NCBI GenBank assembly: GCA_036444275.1
Contig: JAZGAD010000028.1
Coordinates: 27,742 to 91,741, forward strand
Direction: 5' to 3'
From: Candidatus Hydrothermarchaeales archaeon
GTDB taxonomy: Archaea; Hydrothermarchaeota; Hydrothermarchaeia; Hydrothermarchaeales; JAZGAD01
DNA length: 64,000 nucleotides
Shown: positions 9,486 through 20,235 of the stretch, one piece after another
Numbering within the stretch: position 1 is the stretch's first letter
Layout of the letters: each line of letters opens with the position of its first letter
Notes under the pieces: generated by a model
The model's input: only the letters and a program-made list of their open reading frames with translations
What the model was told of the DNA's origin: nothing
Database searches by the model: none
Made by a program: the position numbers and the translations under genes

Positions 9486-12400
9486 TATTCTGGCCCTCCA
9501 AAATCCTCAAGTCTTAACTCATGGACATGACCCTTATGGTATTCTTCCAAAGAGCGAATGCTGACATCACCCCTGGCTACGCTTTCCATAGCCTTAAGCG
9601 CTGCTTCAGCCCCAGTGACCGTGGTTATATAAGGTATGTTGAGGTCCACGGCATATCTTCTGATGTAGAACCCATCGGTATATGGGATCTTCCCTCCTGT
9701 TGGGGTATTTATAATCAGGTCTACTTCACGCCGCATCATGGCATCGAGGATGTTAGGGGATCCCTCGCTTATCTTCTTCACCAGCTCGGCATTTATGCCC
9801 TTCTTATTCAGGGCCTCAATCGTCCCTTCGGTGGCGAGTATCTTGAATCCCAATTCATATAATCCTTTTGCTATACTGGAAATCGCCTCGGCATCCTTTT
9901 TCTTAACACTTAAAAAGATCGCCCCCTTGCTGGGGAGGATGTTCCCTGCTGCGAGTTCTGCCTTGAAATAAGCCTTTCCAAAGTCGAAATCTATCCCTAT
10001 AACTTCACCAGTGCTCTTCATCTCTGGACTCAACACGGGGTCTACACCGGGGAGCTTGGCAAAGGGAAACACTGCCTCTTTCACCGCTACATGGTGAATC
10101 TTGCGCTCGCCCACATAGCCCATCTCCTTCAGGTGTTTTCCCAGCATGACCTTAGCCGCTACCTTGGCCAGGGGCACACCTATGCATTTGCTCACATACG
10201 GCACGGTCCTGCTTGCACGGGGATTCGCCTCCAACACGTAGACCTTACCCTCTTTTACTGCGTACTGTATATTCAAAAGCCCGACAACATTGAGTTCCTT
10301 CGCGAGTGCTATAGTGTATTCCTTGATCTTTCCAACTGCACTTTTATCCAGCGTCTGGGGCGGTAAGACGCATGCCGAGTCTCCGGAGTGGATGCCAGCA
10401 TGCTCTATGTGCTCCATAATTCCGCCTATGAAGACGTCCTTTCCATCACTTACCGCGTCGACATCCACTTCCACAGCTTCCTGTAGGAATTTGTCTACTA
10501 GCACGGGGTGTTCCTCGCTCACCTCGATGGCTTCCTCCATGAACTCCTCCAGCTGGGCATCATCATAGACTATTTCCATTCCCCTTCCACCCAGAACATA
10601 AGAGGGCCTTACCAAGACGGGATATCCCACCCGCTTCGCTATCTCCTTAGCCTCTTCCAGCGAGTAGCCTGTTCCATAGTCTGCTTGGGGTATACCCAGC
10701 TTATTCAGTACCTGGGTGAACTTCTCTCTGTCTTCTGCACGGTCTATATCCCTAGGAGAGGTACCCAGTATGTTCACACCAGCTCTAGAGAGGGGTACAG
10801 CAAGATTCAAGGGTGTTTGACCCCCGAACTGGACTATAACGCCGTCCACTTTCTCCTTTTCCACGACATTCATTACATCCTCAAAAGTAAGGGGCTCGAA
10901 GTAGAGCTTATCCGAGGTATCGTAGTCCGTAGATACCGTCTCTGGATTATTGTTTATTATTATCGCCTCTATCCCCTCTTCACGCAACGCTAGTACACCG
11001 TGGACACAGCAATAGTCGAACTCTATACCCTGAGCGATCCTAATTGGACCCCCTCCAAGGAGCAATACTTTCTTCCTCTTGCTTACTTCCACTTCTACCT
11101 CGTCGACGCTCTCGTAAGTGGAGTAATAGTATGGAGTCTTGGCCTCAAATTCAGCGGCACATGTATCCACCATCTTGTAGGCTGGCCTCGACTTCTTCCT
11201 CACCTCTGTTTCGGGCATGCCTAGGAGGTTTGCAAGCTGCCTGTCAGAAAAACCCAGCCTCTTCGCCTCTTCAATGCTGGCTGATCCATTTTTTAACTCT
11301 TTCTCCATACCTAGGATATTTCTAATCTTATGCAGGAAAAACGAATTAATCCCTGTGAGCTTATTGATTTCTTTGATAGTGATACCTACTTTGAGGGCGT
11401 CGTAGATATAGAAGATTCTCTTATCGCTCGGTACCTCCAGGTTTCTCTTTATTTCCTCTAGATCAATCGCCTCTTTCCTTCCATCAGCACAGAGGCCGAA
11501 GCGCTTGATATCCAGAGATCGGATAGCCTTCTGCAGGGACTCCTCAAAGGTCCTGCCTATCGCCATTACCTCGCCGGTGCTCTTCATCTGCGTGCCAAGC
11601 GTGGTGTCTGCTCCCTTAAACTTGTCAAAGGGCCATCTTGGTATCTTTGTCACAATATAGTCTAATGCCGGTTCGAAGCTCGCTGGCGTTTCCTTGGTTA
11701 CGTCGTTGGGTATCTCGTCTAGGGTCATGCTGACTGCTATCTTGGCTGCTATCTTGGCTATTGGGTAGCCCGTTGCCTTTGACGCTAGGGCAGAGCTCCT
11801 CGAGACTCGTGGATTAACCTCTATCACGTGGTATTCCCATGACTCTGGATTGACCGCGAACTGGATATTGCAACCTCCCTCTATCCCTAATGCCCTTATG
11901 ATCTTCAGGGCGGCGCTCCTCAGCTTTTGATGGTCTTCATCGCTTAGGGTCTGGGCTGGCGCAACAACTATACTCTCTCCAGTGTGTATGCCCATTGCGT
12001 CTAGGTTCTCCATGTTGCACACAGTTATGCAGTTGTCCACAGAGTCCCTCATTACTTCATACTCATACTCGTACCAGCCCACGAGGGATTTCTCTATAAG
12101 CACTTGATGGACCATGCTTGCTTCCAAGCCCCTCTTAACCACTTGTTCTAGTTCGTTTTCGTCTTTCGCCGTTCCCCCACCAGTCCCACCTAGGGTGTAG
12201 GCAGGACGGATTATGACTGGATAGCCTATGCTCTTCGCAGTTTGCTTCGCTTCCTCAATGGATGTAACAGCAGCACTTTCAGGGATAGGTTCTCCTATAT
12301 CCTTCATGAGCTTGGCAAATAGCTCCCTATCCTCTGCGGTTTTTATCGTATCTACCGATGTGCCCAATACTTCTATTCCTTCCTCTGCTAGAGCGCCCAT

Positions 12401-12712
12401 ATCAGCTAGCTGCGCCACTAGGTTCAAGCCTGTCTGGCCGCCCATCGTTGGTAGAAGGCCGTCTGGCTTCTCCTTCTTTATTATCTTAGCCACTATCTCA
12501 GGGGTCAGAGGTTCAAGGTATATTATATCAGCTATTTCACTGTCGGTCTGGATGGTGGCAGGGTTGGAATTAACTAGGACTACTTTGTAGCCTTCTTCAC
12601 GGAGTGACTTGCATGCTTGCGATCCAGAGTAGTCGAACTCTGCTGCTTGCCCGATAATTATAGGCCCTGAGCCTATCACCATGATCTTTTTGATATCACT
12701 GCGTTTTGGCAT
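9485..12712 (-). CDS. carB: Carbamoyl-phosphate synthase large subunit
   Basis: [18 protein letters not shown], duplicated ATP-grasp domains and a C-terminal MGS domain. Confidence 0.98.
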   Translation of the reverse strand: MPKRSDIKKIMVIGSGPIIIGQAAEFDYSGSQACKSLREEGYKVVLVNSNPATIQTDSEIADIIYLEPLTPEIVAKIIKKEKPDGLLPTMGGQTGLNLVAQLADMGALAEEGIEVLGTSVDTIKTAEDRELFAKLMKDIGEPIPESAAVTSIEEAKQTAKSIGYPVIIRPAYTLGGTGGGTAKDENELEQVVKRGLEASMVHQVLIEKSLVGWYEYEYEVMRDSVDNCITVCNMENLDAMGIHTGESIVVAPAQTLSDEDHQKLRSAALKIIRALGIEGGCNIQFAVNPESWEYHVIEVNPRVSRSSALASKATGYPIAKIAAKIAVSMTLDEIPNDVTKETPASFEPALDYIVTKIPRWPFDKFKGADTTLGTQMKSTGEVMAIGRTFEESLQKAIRSLDIKRFGLCADGRKEAIDLEEIKRNLEVPSDKRIFYIYDALKVGITIKEINKLTGINSFFLHKIRNILGMEKELKNGSASIEEAKRLGFSDRQLANLLGMPETEVRKKSRPAYKMVDTCAAEFEAKTPYYYSTYESVDEVEVEVSKRKKVLLLGGGPIRIAQGIEFDYCCVHGVLALREEGIEAIIINNNPETVSTDYDTSDKLYFEPLTFEDVMNVVEKEKVDGVIVQFGGQTPLNLAVPLSRAGVNILGTSPRDIDRAEDREKFTQVLNKLGIPQADYGTGYSLEEAKEIAKRVGYPVLVRPSYVLGGRGMEIVYDDAQLEEFMEEAIEVSEEHPVLVDKFLQEAVEVDVDAVSDGKDVFIGGIMEHIEHAGIHSGDSACVLPPQTLDKSAVGKIKEYTIALAKELNVVGLLNIQYAVKEGKVYVLEANPRASRTVPYVSKCIGVPLAKVAAKVMLGKHLKEMGYVGERKIHHVAVKEAVFPFAKLPGVDPVLSPEMKSTGEVIGIDFDFGKAYFKAELAAGNILPSKGAIFLSVKKKDAEAISSIAKGLYELGFKILATEGTIEALNKKGINAELVKKISEGSPNILDAMMRREVDLIINTPTGGKIPYTDGFYIRRYAVDLNIPYITTVTGAEAALKAMESVARGDVSIRSLEEYHKGHVHELRLEDFGGPE

Positions 12713-12713
12713 C

Positions 12714-13793
12714 TCAAATCATCCCCAAAAATTCATCGAAGAGGTATTCATTGTCTTTTGGACCTGGATTAGCCTCTGGGTGGTACTGCACCGAGAATAT
12801 GGGAAGCTCCCCGTGCTGCATTCCCTCTACAGTGTTGTCGTTTAGATTTATCTTGGCGACTTTGAAGCCTGTGCCTTCCAATGAGTCTGCATCTACTGCG
12901 AAGCCGTGATTCTGCGACGTTATATATACCCTTCCGGTGTCGAGGTCCTTCACTGGCTGGTTGCTCCCACGGTGCCCGAATTTCAACTTATATGTCTTTG
13001 CTCCTACGGCTAGGGCGAGCAACTGCTGTCCAAAGCATATGCCGAAAAGGGGCTTCTCTTCCAACAGCTTCTTCAGAACCTCGATTGCATATGGTGCTTG
13101 CACCGGGTCTCCAGGTCCGTTGGAGACTAATATGCCATCTGGCTCGGCCTCCAATATCTCTTTAGACGTAGCGAACGCGGGGAATACCGTGACGTCGCAT
13201 CCCCTCTGCAGCAGGTTTCTAAGTATGCTGAGCTTCATGCCACAGTCCAATAACGCTACCTTCTTTCCTTCGCCTGCATACCTCTTTATCTCTTTAGAGG
13301 TAACCTTGCTCACTAGGTCTAGCTCTGAGATGTCCTTCTGCTTTCTTGCCTTTTCCAATAGTTCCTTTCCGTCTATCTCTGCCGTAGAAGTCTTCAGGGC
13401 AGCTTTCATCGTGCCATATTTCCTGATATTGATGGTGAGAGCGCGAGTATCAATGCCGGCTATGCCTGGTATATCTTGCTCCAGCAGGAACTCGTGTATG
13501 GTTTTTTCAGAACTCCTATGACTTGGGATTTCGCATGCTTCTCTCACCACAAAGCCCTCTGCCTTTATGCCGTCGCTCTCGAAGTCTTCAGCATTAATTC
13601 CGTAATTCCCTATCAGGGGATAGGTCAGCATGAGTATCTGACCCTTGTAGCTCGGGTCGGTTAATGCCTCTTGATAGCCGCACATGCTAGTATTAAAGAC
13701 CACTTCTCCGAAGACCTCTCGCTCAGCACCGAAGCCTTCGCCTTCTACTATCGTACCGTCTTCCAAGACCAGAGTAGCCTGTAGACCTTTCAT
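12714..13793 (-). CDS. carA: Carbamoyl-phosphate synthase small subunit
   Basis: GEVVFNTSM.GYQE, SNGPGDP, GICFG and QYHPE motifs. Confidence 0.98.
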   Translation of the reverse strand: MKGLQATLVLEDGTIVEGEGFGAEREVFGEVVFNTSMCGYQEALTDPSYKGQILMLTYPLIGNYGINAEDFESDGIKAEGFVVREACEIPSHRSSEKTIHEFLLEQDIPGIAGIDTRALTINIRKYGTMKAALKTSTAEIDGKELLEKARKQKDISELDLVSKVTSKEIKRYAGEGKKVALLDCGMKLSILRNLLQRGCDVTVFPAFATSKEILEAEPDGILVSNGPGDPVQAPYAIEVLKKLLEEKPLFGICFGQQLLALAVGAKTYKLKFGHRGSNQPVKDLDTGRVYITSQNHGFAVDADSLEGTGFKVAKINLNDNTVEGMQHGELPIFSVQYHPEANPGPKDNEYLFDEFLGMI

Positions 13794-13802
13794 TAGCTCA
13801 CC

Positions 13803-13868
13803 AAAAGCCTTATATATGATTCAACTACTTAAGATTTGTTACATATTTGACTCAAATATATAAGCTTT
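13803..13868. promoter_or_regulatory. Face-to-face BRE/TATA promoters for carA and the ACT gene, with a palindromic operator
   Basis: AAAAGCC-TTATATAT (+ strand, TATA 13810-13817), AAAGC-TTATATAT (- strand, TATA 13863-13856), and the perfect inverted repeat ATATTTGA-C-TCAAATAT at 13843-13859. Confidence 0.6.
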
Positions 13869-13883
13869 GAAATATTTGATAAA

Positions 13884-14534
13884 ATGAGTGTTACGATTTC
13901 CGAGGCTACACACAAGGCCTTGTCAGGATACCCTTACCTAAAAGAGTACTTGGCACTGGGGATAGTAAATAACAGAGCTTTAGCTAGAAGCCTCCTTGAC
14001 GAGGTGAAGAAGGATTTGGGTGGAGATGTGAATTTGCAGAGCGTGGTCACTGCTGTACGTAGGTTCCCGGTATCTAAAGCTAGATCCGGGAAAGATAGGA
14101 TATCTAGCATCTTGTCCAAGAGCGAGGTGAACCTAAAGTACGACGTCGGTGTCTTGACTATGGGACTTGACTCCGAGGTTCTCGAGAGGATGGAGGAACT
14201 TCAAGCAACAGTGAGGAATCCACATATGCTTCTACAGGGCATTGAAACCCTCACCATAGTAGTGGAGGAAAAACAGCTTGAAGGACTAAGAGAAATCTTC
14301 GGGAAAAAGGTATTAGACCTCAAGAAGGATTTGGCCTTTATCGTGGTCAAGAGCCCGAGGGATATTGTAGAGACCCATGGCGTGATTGCATACCTCGGTA
14401 ATATTCTAGCCCTAGAGGGTATTAATGTTGTGGAGATGATGTCCAGCCACACAGAGACCTGCTTTATCGTCGACGAAGGAGATGCACTTAAAACAGTTGA
14501 GGCTATACGGAGGGAGATAAAGAGGGCTAGATAA
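13884..14534 (+). CDS. ACT-domain protein (N-terminal helical/HTH-like domain plus aspartate-kinase/CASTOR-type ACT), putative amino-acid-responsive regulator
   Basis: GIVNNRALAR...AVRRF N-domain; C-terminal GVIAYLGNILALEGINVVEMMSS..ETCFIV ACT signature. Confidence 0.75.
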   Translation: MSVTISEATHKALSGYPYLKEYLALGIVNNRALARSLLDEVKKDLGGDVNLQSVVTAVRRFPVSKARSGKDRISSILSKSEVNLKYDVGVLTMGLDSEVLERMEELQATVRNPHMLLQGIETLTIVVEEKQLEGLREIFGKKVLDLKKDLAFIVVKSPRDIVETHGVIAYLGNILALEGINVVEMMSSHTETCFIVDEGDALKTVEAIRREIKRAR

Positions 14535-14709
14535 TACCGGAAACAGGCACCTAAAGAATCACGTGGGAAAAAGGTGACAGAACTACTAATGGCAATCAAG
14601 CCTCTGCCGACCCACCAAGTGTATAATGGTTTGCACGATAAGCGTGTAAATAATTTATATCGCCTATTACTTATTACTCTAAACGTAACATCAGCGTAGC
14701 ACAAGCACA

Positions 14710-14724
14710 GAAATTCTTATATAC
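14710..14724 (+). promoter_or_regulatory. BRE/TATA of the ribosomal protein superoperon
   Basis: GAAATTC-TTATATA about 90 nt upstream of rpl3. Confidence 0.5.
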
Positions 14725-14813
14725 TCCTACCTTGGAGTTAAAGTCCACTCCAGTTAGGATACAAACAACAAAAATTTTGCGCTGGTAAATAAAATAAGTT
14801 AGTGGTGTAAAGA

Positions 14814-15788
14814 TTGGGAAGGCGTCCGCATCATCCTAGGAGAGGCTCCTTGGGCTACAGCCCGAGGAAGAGAGCTGCATCACCTGTAGCTAGAATCAAA
14901 TCTTGGGTGAAAGACGACAGGGTGCGGATGCAGGGCTTCGCTGGGTATAAGGCTGGTATGACGCACGTTGTGCTGGATGAAGGCACAGAGAAGACCACAT
15001 CTGCTACAATCATAGAGACGCCTCCAATAAAAGTCTGTGGGATTAGGGCCTACGGCAAAGACACTTCTGGATTGAAGGTGATCTCTGAGGTATGGGCGGG
15101 GGATGTAGATAAAGAATTGATGAGAGTTTTTCCCGTGCCAAAGAAGTTCAAAGGCAACATAGAGGATTTAGAGAAAGTCCTATCGGATGCAGAGGAGCTT
15201 AGGCTCATAGTCCATACTCAGCCCAAATCAACAGGCATGCCAAAGAAGAAGCCATCGCTTATGGAATACTGCATCAGTGGGGGCATAGAAGAGGGCTATG
15301 AATACGCCAAAGGAGTCTTTGGAAAGGAATTAAGGATCTCTGATATCTTCGAAGAAGGGGAATTCGTGGATGCGGCAAGCATAACCAAGGGCAAGGGTTT
15401 CCAAGGCCCGATGAAGAGGTGGGGCGTGAAACACCTGCCTAGAAAAACCCGAAAGGGGCACAGGACAGCCGGTACCTTGGGCCCATGGCACCCAGCTGCG
15501 ATGATGTGGCGGGTTCCCCAGGGCGGGCAGATGGGCTATCATCAGAGGACAGAGCTGAATAAGAGAATCTTGAAAATAGGGGAAAAGAGCGAGGAGGTCA
15601 CGCCGAAGGGTGGTTTTCTAGGCTACGGCACCATAAGGGGGGACTATGTTGTAATGAAGGGCTCGATACCTGGACCTAGGAAAAGGCTGATTAGGCTGAG
15701 GCCGGCTACGAGACCACCGAAGAAGGTGGAAGGTATGCCAATAGTGGCCTATATAAGCACGGAGTCCAAGCAAGGAGCGAGACGGTGA
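14814..15788 (+). CDS. rpl3: 50S ribosomal protein L3 (TTG start)
   Basis: PRRGSLGYSPRKRA, FAGYKAGMTH and TKGKGFQG motifs. Confidence 0.97.
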   Translation: MGRRPHHPRRGSLGYSPRKRAASPVARIKSWVKDDRVRMQGFAGYKAGMTHVVLDEGTEKTTSATIIETPPIKVCGIRAYGKDTSGLKVISEVWAGDVDKELMRVFPVPKKFKGNIEDLEKVLSDAEELRLIVHTQPKSTGMPKKKPSLMEYCISGGIEEGYEYAKGVFGKELRISDIFEEGEFVDAASITKGKGFQGPMKRWGVKHLPRKTRKGHRTAGTLGPWHPAAMMWRVPQGGQMGYHQRTELNKRILKIGEKSEEVTPKGGFLGYGTIRGDYVVMKGSIPGPRKRLIRLRPATRPPKKVEGMPIVAYISTESKQGARR

Positions 15789-16609
15789 CGAAGCTTAAAG
15801 TTTATTCCCTGAAGGGCAAAGCAAAGGCCAAGGAAACGGTAGATCTCCCAGAGGTATTCAACGAGAAAGTGAGATTGGATCTCATTAAGAGGGCTGTTCT
15901 GGCTTCTCAGTCAGCGCGATATCAACCGCAAGGTGTTAACTGGTACGCTGGAAAGCGAACGTCCGCAAAGTCCTGGGGTCCCGGCTCCGGGCACGCGAGG
16001 GTTCCCAGGGTTAAAGGTACAAGGCATCCTGCAGGGGGTAGAGGTGCTATCGCACCCATGGCTGTTGGAGGTAGAAGTGCCCATCCGCCGGTGCCCTTCA
16101 AGAAAATTATCAAAAAAATAAACAAAAAAGAGAGAAAGATGGCATTAGCCTCGGCTATAGCTGCAACTGCATTAACGGAACTCATAGAGAGGAGGGGCCA
16201 CGTTGTGGACAAACTGCCGCAACTACCCCTTGTTGTAACTGACGAACTTGAGGAATTAGAAACAGCTGCGGAGACTAGGGATGCCTTTATAAAATTGGGC
16301 CTCTGGGGCGATTTGGATAGAGCTAAGAATAGGAAGATAAGGGCCGGGAAGGGCACGATGAGGGGCAGAAAGTATAAGCAGAGGAAAAGCGTTCTAATAG
16401 TCGTAGCTAATGACAGAGGCATCTCCCACGGCGCATGTAATCATCCAGGCGTCGATGTAGTTACAGTAGACAGTTTGGGTGTTGAGGATCTTGCGCCAGG
16501 CACTCATCCGGGGCGCTTGACCATATATACGAAGTCCGCCTTACAGAGGCTGGATGAGAGGTATATTCATTCATCAACCATAAGGGAAAAGAAAACTAAG
16601 AGCAAGTAG
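15785..16609 (+). CDS. rpl4: 50S ribosomal protein L4
   Basis: SA.SWG.G.G.AR.PR, RAGKGTMRGR and LAPGTHPGRL motifs. Confidence 0.97.
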   Translation: MTKLKVYSLKGKAKAKETVDLPEVFNEKVRLDLIKRAVLASQSARYQPQGVNWYAGKRTSAKSWGPGSGHARVPRVKGTRHPAGGRGAIAPMAVGGRSAHPPVPFKKIIKKINKKERKMALASAIAATALTELIERRGHVVDKLPQLPLVVTDELEELETAAETRDAFIKLGLWGDLDRAKNRKIRAGKGTMRGRKYKQRKSVLIVVANDRGISHGACNHPGVDVVTVDSLGVEDLAPGTHPGRLTIYTKSALQRLDERYIHSSTIREKKTKSK

Positions 16610-16622
16610 AGAGGCAGATAAA

Positions 16623-16883
16623 ATGGAACCCATGGAAGTCATAATGCATCCGGAGGTCACTGAGAAGGCCATGAAGTTGGTGGAAATTGAGAATAAATTG
16701 ATCTTCGTGGTAAACCTAAGGTCTACAAAGAGGGATATACAGGAGGCTGTGGAAAAATTATATGAGGTTAAGGTCGCTGATGTTAATACGCTAGTAACAC
16801 CCAAAGGCCTCAAGAGGGCCTACGTGAAGTTAACTCCAGAGTTTAAGGCCGACGAGGTAGCCGTCAAGATGGGTATATTCTGA
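16623..16883 (+). CDS. rpl23: 50S ribosomal protein L23
   Basis: TEKAM..E..NKL.F, VNTL and KRAYVKL motifs. Confidence 0.97.
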   Translation: MEPMEVIMHPEVTEKAMKLVEIENKLIFVVNLRSTKRDIQEAVEKLYEVKVADVNTLVTPKGLKRAYVKLTPEFKADEVAVKMGIF

Positions 16884-16897
16884 TTAGAGGTAGCGAA

Positions 16898-17617
16898 ATG
16901 GGAAAACGCATAACAGCTCAAAGACGAGGAAAAGGAACCAGTGTTTATAAGGCTCCATCCCACAGGTATCTGGATAGAGTAAAGCATCGCCGGTACGATG
17001 AAGAGGAAAAAGCGGGAGCAGTAAAGGGGAGAATAGTAGACATCCGTCATGACCCAGCCAGAAGTGCACCCGTTATGGAAGTTCAATTTGAGACCGGTGA
17101 GAAGAGATTCGTCCTTGGTTTGGAAGGTGCAAAGGTAGGAGACGAGATAGCATATGGCACCTCAGCAGAGGTTATCCAAGGGAACACCTTACCTCTAAGG
17201 TCCATACCAGAGGGCACCCCTATTCATAACGTGGAAAATAGGCCTGGAGACGGTGGAAGATTTATCAGGGCTTCAGGTACCTACGGCGTCCTCATAAGCC
17301 GGGAGGACCGGAAGACTGTAGTCAAGTTGCCTTCAGGAGGACTGAAATCCCTTGATTCCAGATGTAGAGCAACTATAGGTATCGTCGCTGGTGGAGGCAG
17401 GAGAGATAAACCCTTCCTAAAGGCAGGAAAGATGTGGCATGTCCTTAAACCGACGGCTAAGTACTGGCCCATAGTCAGGAAGGTCGCAATGAACCCAGTG
17501 AGTCACCCCCATGGAGGCGCCTCTGGATCACCTGGAAAACCCACCTCTGTAGCCAGGGGTACACCCCCAGGTAGGAAAGTCGGTATGATTGCTCCTAGGC
17601 GAACAGGGAGGAAGTAG
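16898..17617 (+). CDS. rpl2: 50S ribosomal protein L2
   Basis: MGKRI..QRRG, HDPARSAP and AMNPVSHPHGG motifs. Confidence 0.98.
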   Translation: MGKRITAQRRGKGTSVYKAPSHRYLDRVKHRRYDEEEKAGAVKGRIVDIRHDPARSAPVMEVQFETGEKRFVLGLEGAKVGDEIAYGTSAEVIQGNTLPLRSIPEGTPIHNVENRPGDGGRFIRASGTYGVLISREDRKTVVKLPSGGLKSLDSRCRATIGIVAGGGRRDKPFLKAGKMWHVLKPTAKYWPIVRKVAMNPVSHPHGGASGSPGKPTSVARGTPPGRKVGMIAPRRTGRK

Positions 17618-17638
17618 TTACAATTACAAGTGATTGGC

Positions 17639-18031
17639 ATGGTACGAAAATTCAGTTTCAAGGGCAAGAGCTTGGAGGAACTCCAAAAGATGCGGATAGA
17701 TGAAGTTGTAGAGCTCCTGCCATCTAGACAAAGAAGATCCCTGAAGAGAGGCATGACTCCAAGCCAAAAGAAGTTTCTTCAGAGAGTGAAGAGGGCAAGC
17801 AAAGGCGAAAAGATAAAGCTTCGCACCCACTGTAAGGATATAATAATCCTGCCAGAGATGGTTGAACTAACCATGGAAGTCTACAATGGCAAGGACTGGT
17901 ATAGCGTGACGATTAAGCCTGAGATGATTGGACATTACCTAGGCGAATTTGTACTTACAAGAAGGCGAGTTACTCATGGGATGCCTGGTATGGGTGCTAC
18001 AAGATCAAGTTTATACATTCCTTTAAAGTAG
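17639..18031 (+). CDS. rps19: 30S ribosomal protein S19
   Basis: RTHC.D.II.PEM, VYNGK and MIGHYLGEF motifs. Confidence 0.97.
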   Translation: MVRKFSFKGKSLEELQKMRIDEVVELLPSRQRRSLKRGMTPSQKKFLQRVKRASKGEKIKLRTHCKDIIILPEMVELTMEVYNGKDWYSVTIKPEMIGHYLGEFVLTRRRVTHGMPGMGATRSSLYIPLK

Positions 18032-18039
18032 GTGATTAT

Positions 18040-18501
18040 ATGGCGCGAGCAGGATATTCTATTGCATTAGAAGATGAGGAAAAGATCGCAAAGGCCCTTG
18101 GAATGGAACTCCGGATATCCCCCAAGTCGGCAGTAGAGATCTGCCGAGAACTGAGGGGAAAGGACTTATACAAGGCCAAGACTTTGCTAGAGGATGTTGC
18201 ATCCTTAAAAAAGCCTGTGCCTTTAAGGAGATACAAAAAGGGAGTGGCTCATAGGAGGGGGCTGGACAAGGCGTATGCAGGGAGATATCCAATGAAAGCA
18301 GCTACTCATATCCTGAAGGTCCTAGAAGGTGCTGAAGCCAATGCAGAATACAAAGGCCTGGATCCAGAGAGCTTGTATATAAAGCATATATCTGCCCAGA
18401 GGGGAAGAATAATAAGAGGTTTTCGGCCGAGAGCGCATGGAAGGGCAACCCCCAATGATGAGGTTACGACTAACCTTCAAGTGGTTCTAGAGGAAAGGTG
18501 A
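18040..18501 (+). CDS. rpl22: 50S ribosomal protein L22
   Basis: ISPK...EIC, GRYP.KAA and PRAHGRA motifs. Confidence 0.97.
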   Translation: MARAGYSIALEDEEKIAKALGMELRISPKSAVEICRELRGKDLYKAKTLLEDVASLKKPVPLRRYKKGVAHRRGLDKAYAGRYPMKAATHILKVLEGAEANAEYKGLDPESLYIKHISAQRGRIIRGFRPRAHGRATPNDEVTTNLQVVLEER

Positions 18502-18505
18502 TGGA

Positions 18506-19378
18506 GTGACAATAGAGCGGAAAATCATCACTGAGAACCTAAAAAAACTGGGGGTAAAGGAGTATCTTGAGAAAGAACTGGACCGTGCTGGATGTGGGGA
18601 AATAGATATTCAACGAACACCCCTTGGAACACGGGTGATGATACATGCCCAAAGACCTGGCTTGGTGATTGGGAGGAAGGGGAGTTCTATCAGGAGACTT
18701 ACAGAGGTGCTCCAGAAAGAATTCGAATTAGATAATCCCCAACTAGAGGTCAATGAGCTTGAAGTACCTGAGTTGAACGCCAAGATCATGGCTGATAATA
18801 TAGCATCTGCAATAGAGAGGGGCATCCATTTCAGGCGGGCTGCATATACTGCGCTGCGCAGGATAATGGAAGCAGGGGCAAGAGGGGCCGAGATACAGAT
18901 CTCTGGCAAGCTCACTGGAGAACGATCTAAGTCAGTGAAATTCACAGATGGCTACCTAAAACACTGTGGAGAACCAGCAATTGTATACGTGAAGAAAGGG
19001 CTATCCGAGGCATCTCCAAAGCCAGGGGTAATAGGGGTCAAAGTGAAGCTAATGCCTCCAGGGGTAAAACTCCCGGACGACATAGAATTCATAAATGTAG
19101 AAGAGGAAGTAGAAGAGAAGAAGCTCAAGCCTACAGAATTAGATGCAGAAGAGGCCTCGGTACCTAAGAAGACAAAAGTAAAAAAGATTAAAAAGAGGAA
19201 GAAAAAGAAAAAGGAAGCACCCAAGAAAGCCGAGGAAGGAGTAAAGGCCCCAGAGGGCGCAGTAAAGAAGAAACTAAAAAAAGGAACTAGAAAGAGGAAC
19301 AAAAGCAGCAGCGACAAAAAAGTGAAAAGAAAATCGAAGAAGAAAAAAGGTGTAGCAAGTGGCGATACTAAGAAGTGA
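18506..19378 (+). CDS. rps3: 30S ribosomal protein S3 with a long Glu- then Lys-rich C-terminal tail
   Basis: KH domain (RPGLVIGRKG), GARGAEIQISGKL, and a ~95-aa low-complexity tail. Confidence 0.96.
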   Translation: MTIERKIITENLKKLGVKEYLEKELDRAGCGEIDIQRTPLGTRVMIHAQRPGLVIGRKGSSIRRLTEVLQKEFELDNPQLEVNELEVPELNAKIMADNIASAIERGIHFRRAAYTALRRIMEAGARGAEIQISGKLTGERSKSVKFTDGYLKHCGEPAIVYVKKGLSEASPKPGVIGVKVKLMPPGVKLPDDIEFINVEEEVEEKKLKPTELDAEEASVPKKTKVKKIKKRKKKKKEAPKKAEEGVKAPEGAVKKKLKKGTRKRNKSSSDKKVKRKSKKKKGVASGDTKK

Positions 19379-19607
19379 GGAGATTCGAGAACTGACTCAA
19401 GATGAGATGCAGGATAAGGTCTTTGAGTTGAGGAATGAGCTCTTAAGGGAGCGTTCCAAGGTTGCCTCTGGTGGAGTTCCAGAAAACCCTGGTAGAATAA
19501 AGGAGATAAAGCGGACCATAGCTAGGATCCTTACCATCGAAAATCTGAAAGACAAAGAGGTGGTAAAGCAAGAACAGAAGTCAGTAAAGGAGGAAAGGAG
19601 TAAATAA
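19359..19607 (+). CDS. rpl29: 50S ribosomal protein L29
   Basis: AILRSEEIRE and NPGRIKEIKRTIARILT motifs. Confidence 0.96.
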   Translation: MAILRSEEIRELTQDEMQDKVFELRNELLRERSKVASGGVPENPGRIKEIKRTIARILTIENLKDKEVVKQEQKSVKEERSK

Positions 19608-19913
19608 ATGGCTGTTTGCGAAGTCTGCGGCTTGCCAAAAGAACTTTGCGTCTGTGAGGACATAGCCAAAGAGGCCCAGAAGATAAAGGTATTCACCACA
19701 AAAAGAACCTTTGGAAAGCTTATGACCGTGGTGGAAGGGATAGATGATAGAGACATAGGCCTGAAGGACCTCGTTAAAACCCTGAAGACTGAGTGCGCTT
19801 GTGGCGGGACTCTCAAGGATAGACGCATTGAACTGCAAGGAGACCATAAGGAGAAAGTTCGGAAAATGCTCCTGCGGATTGGGTTTTCAGAGGACCGGAT
19901 AGACGTAAGATAA
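19608..19913 (+). CDS. sui1: Translation initiation factor aIF1/SUI1 (YciH)
   Basis: [18 protein letters not shown] and IELQGDH motifs. Confidence 0.95.
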   Translation: MAVCEVCGLPKELCVCEDIAKEAQKIKVFTTKRTFGKLMTVVEGIDDRDIGLKDLVKTLKTECACGGTLKDRRIELQGDHKEKVRKMLLRIGFSEDRIDVR

Positions 19914-19918
19914 TCCTT

Positions 19919-20206
19919 ATGACAGAGATCAAGATCAAGCCGCGAGATTTAATAAGACACGAGCTCATAGGACTGCAATGCAGGGTGCTGGACGCGACCG
20001 ATCCCTCTATCGTAGGGTGCGAAGGTGAAGTCGTGGATGAAACCAGGAATATGCTTATATTGAAGAACGACGTTAGAGAGAGGAAAATCCCAAAAAAGGA
20101 CGCAACTTTTCTATTTGCCTTACCCGGGCGAAAGGTAAAGGTCAAAGGGAAGCTCCTCGTGGCACGGCCAGAGGACAGGATTAAGAAGCGTATTCTGCGA
20201 TCCTAG
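19919..20206 (+). CDS. rnp1: RNase P protein component 1 (Rpp29/Pop4)
   Basis: HELIGL, G.VVDETRN, IPK and RPEDRIK motifs; conserved operon position. Confidence 0.95.
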   Translation: MTEIKIKPRDLIRHELIGLQCRVLDATDPSIVGCEGEVVDETRNMLILKNDVRERKIPKKDATFLFALPGRKVKVKGKLLVARPEDRIKKRILRS

Positions 20207-20235
20207 AGATTAGATTAGACGAGGTGCAGAGATAG

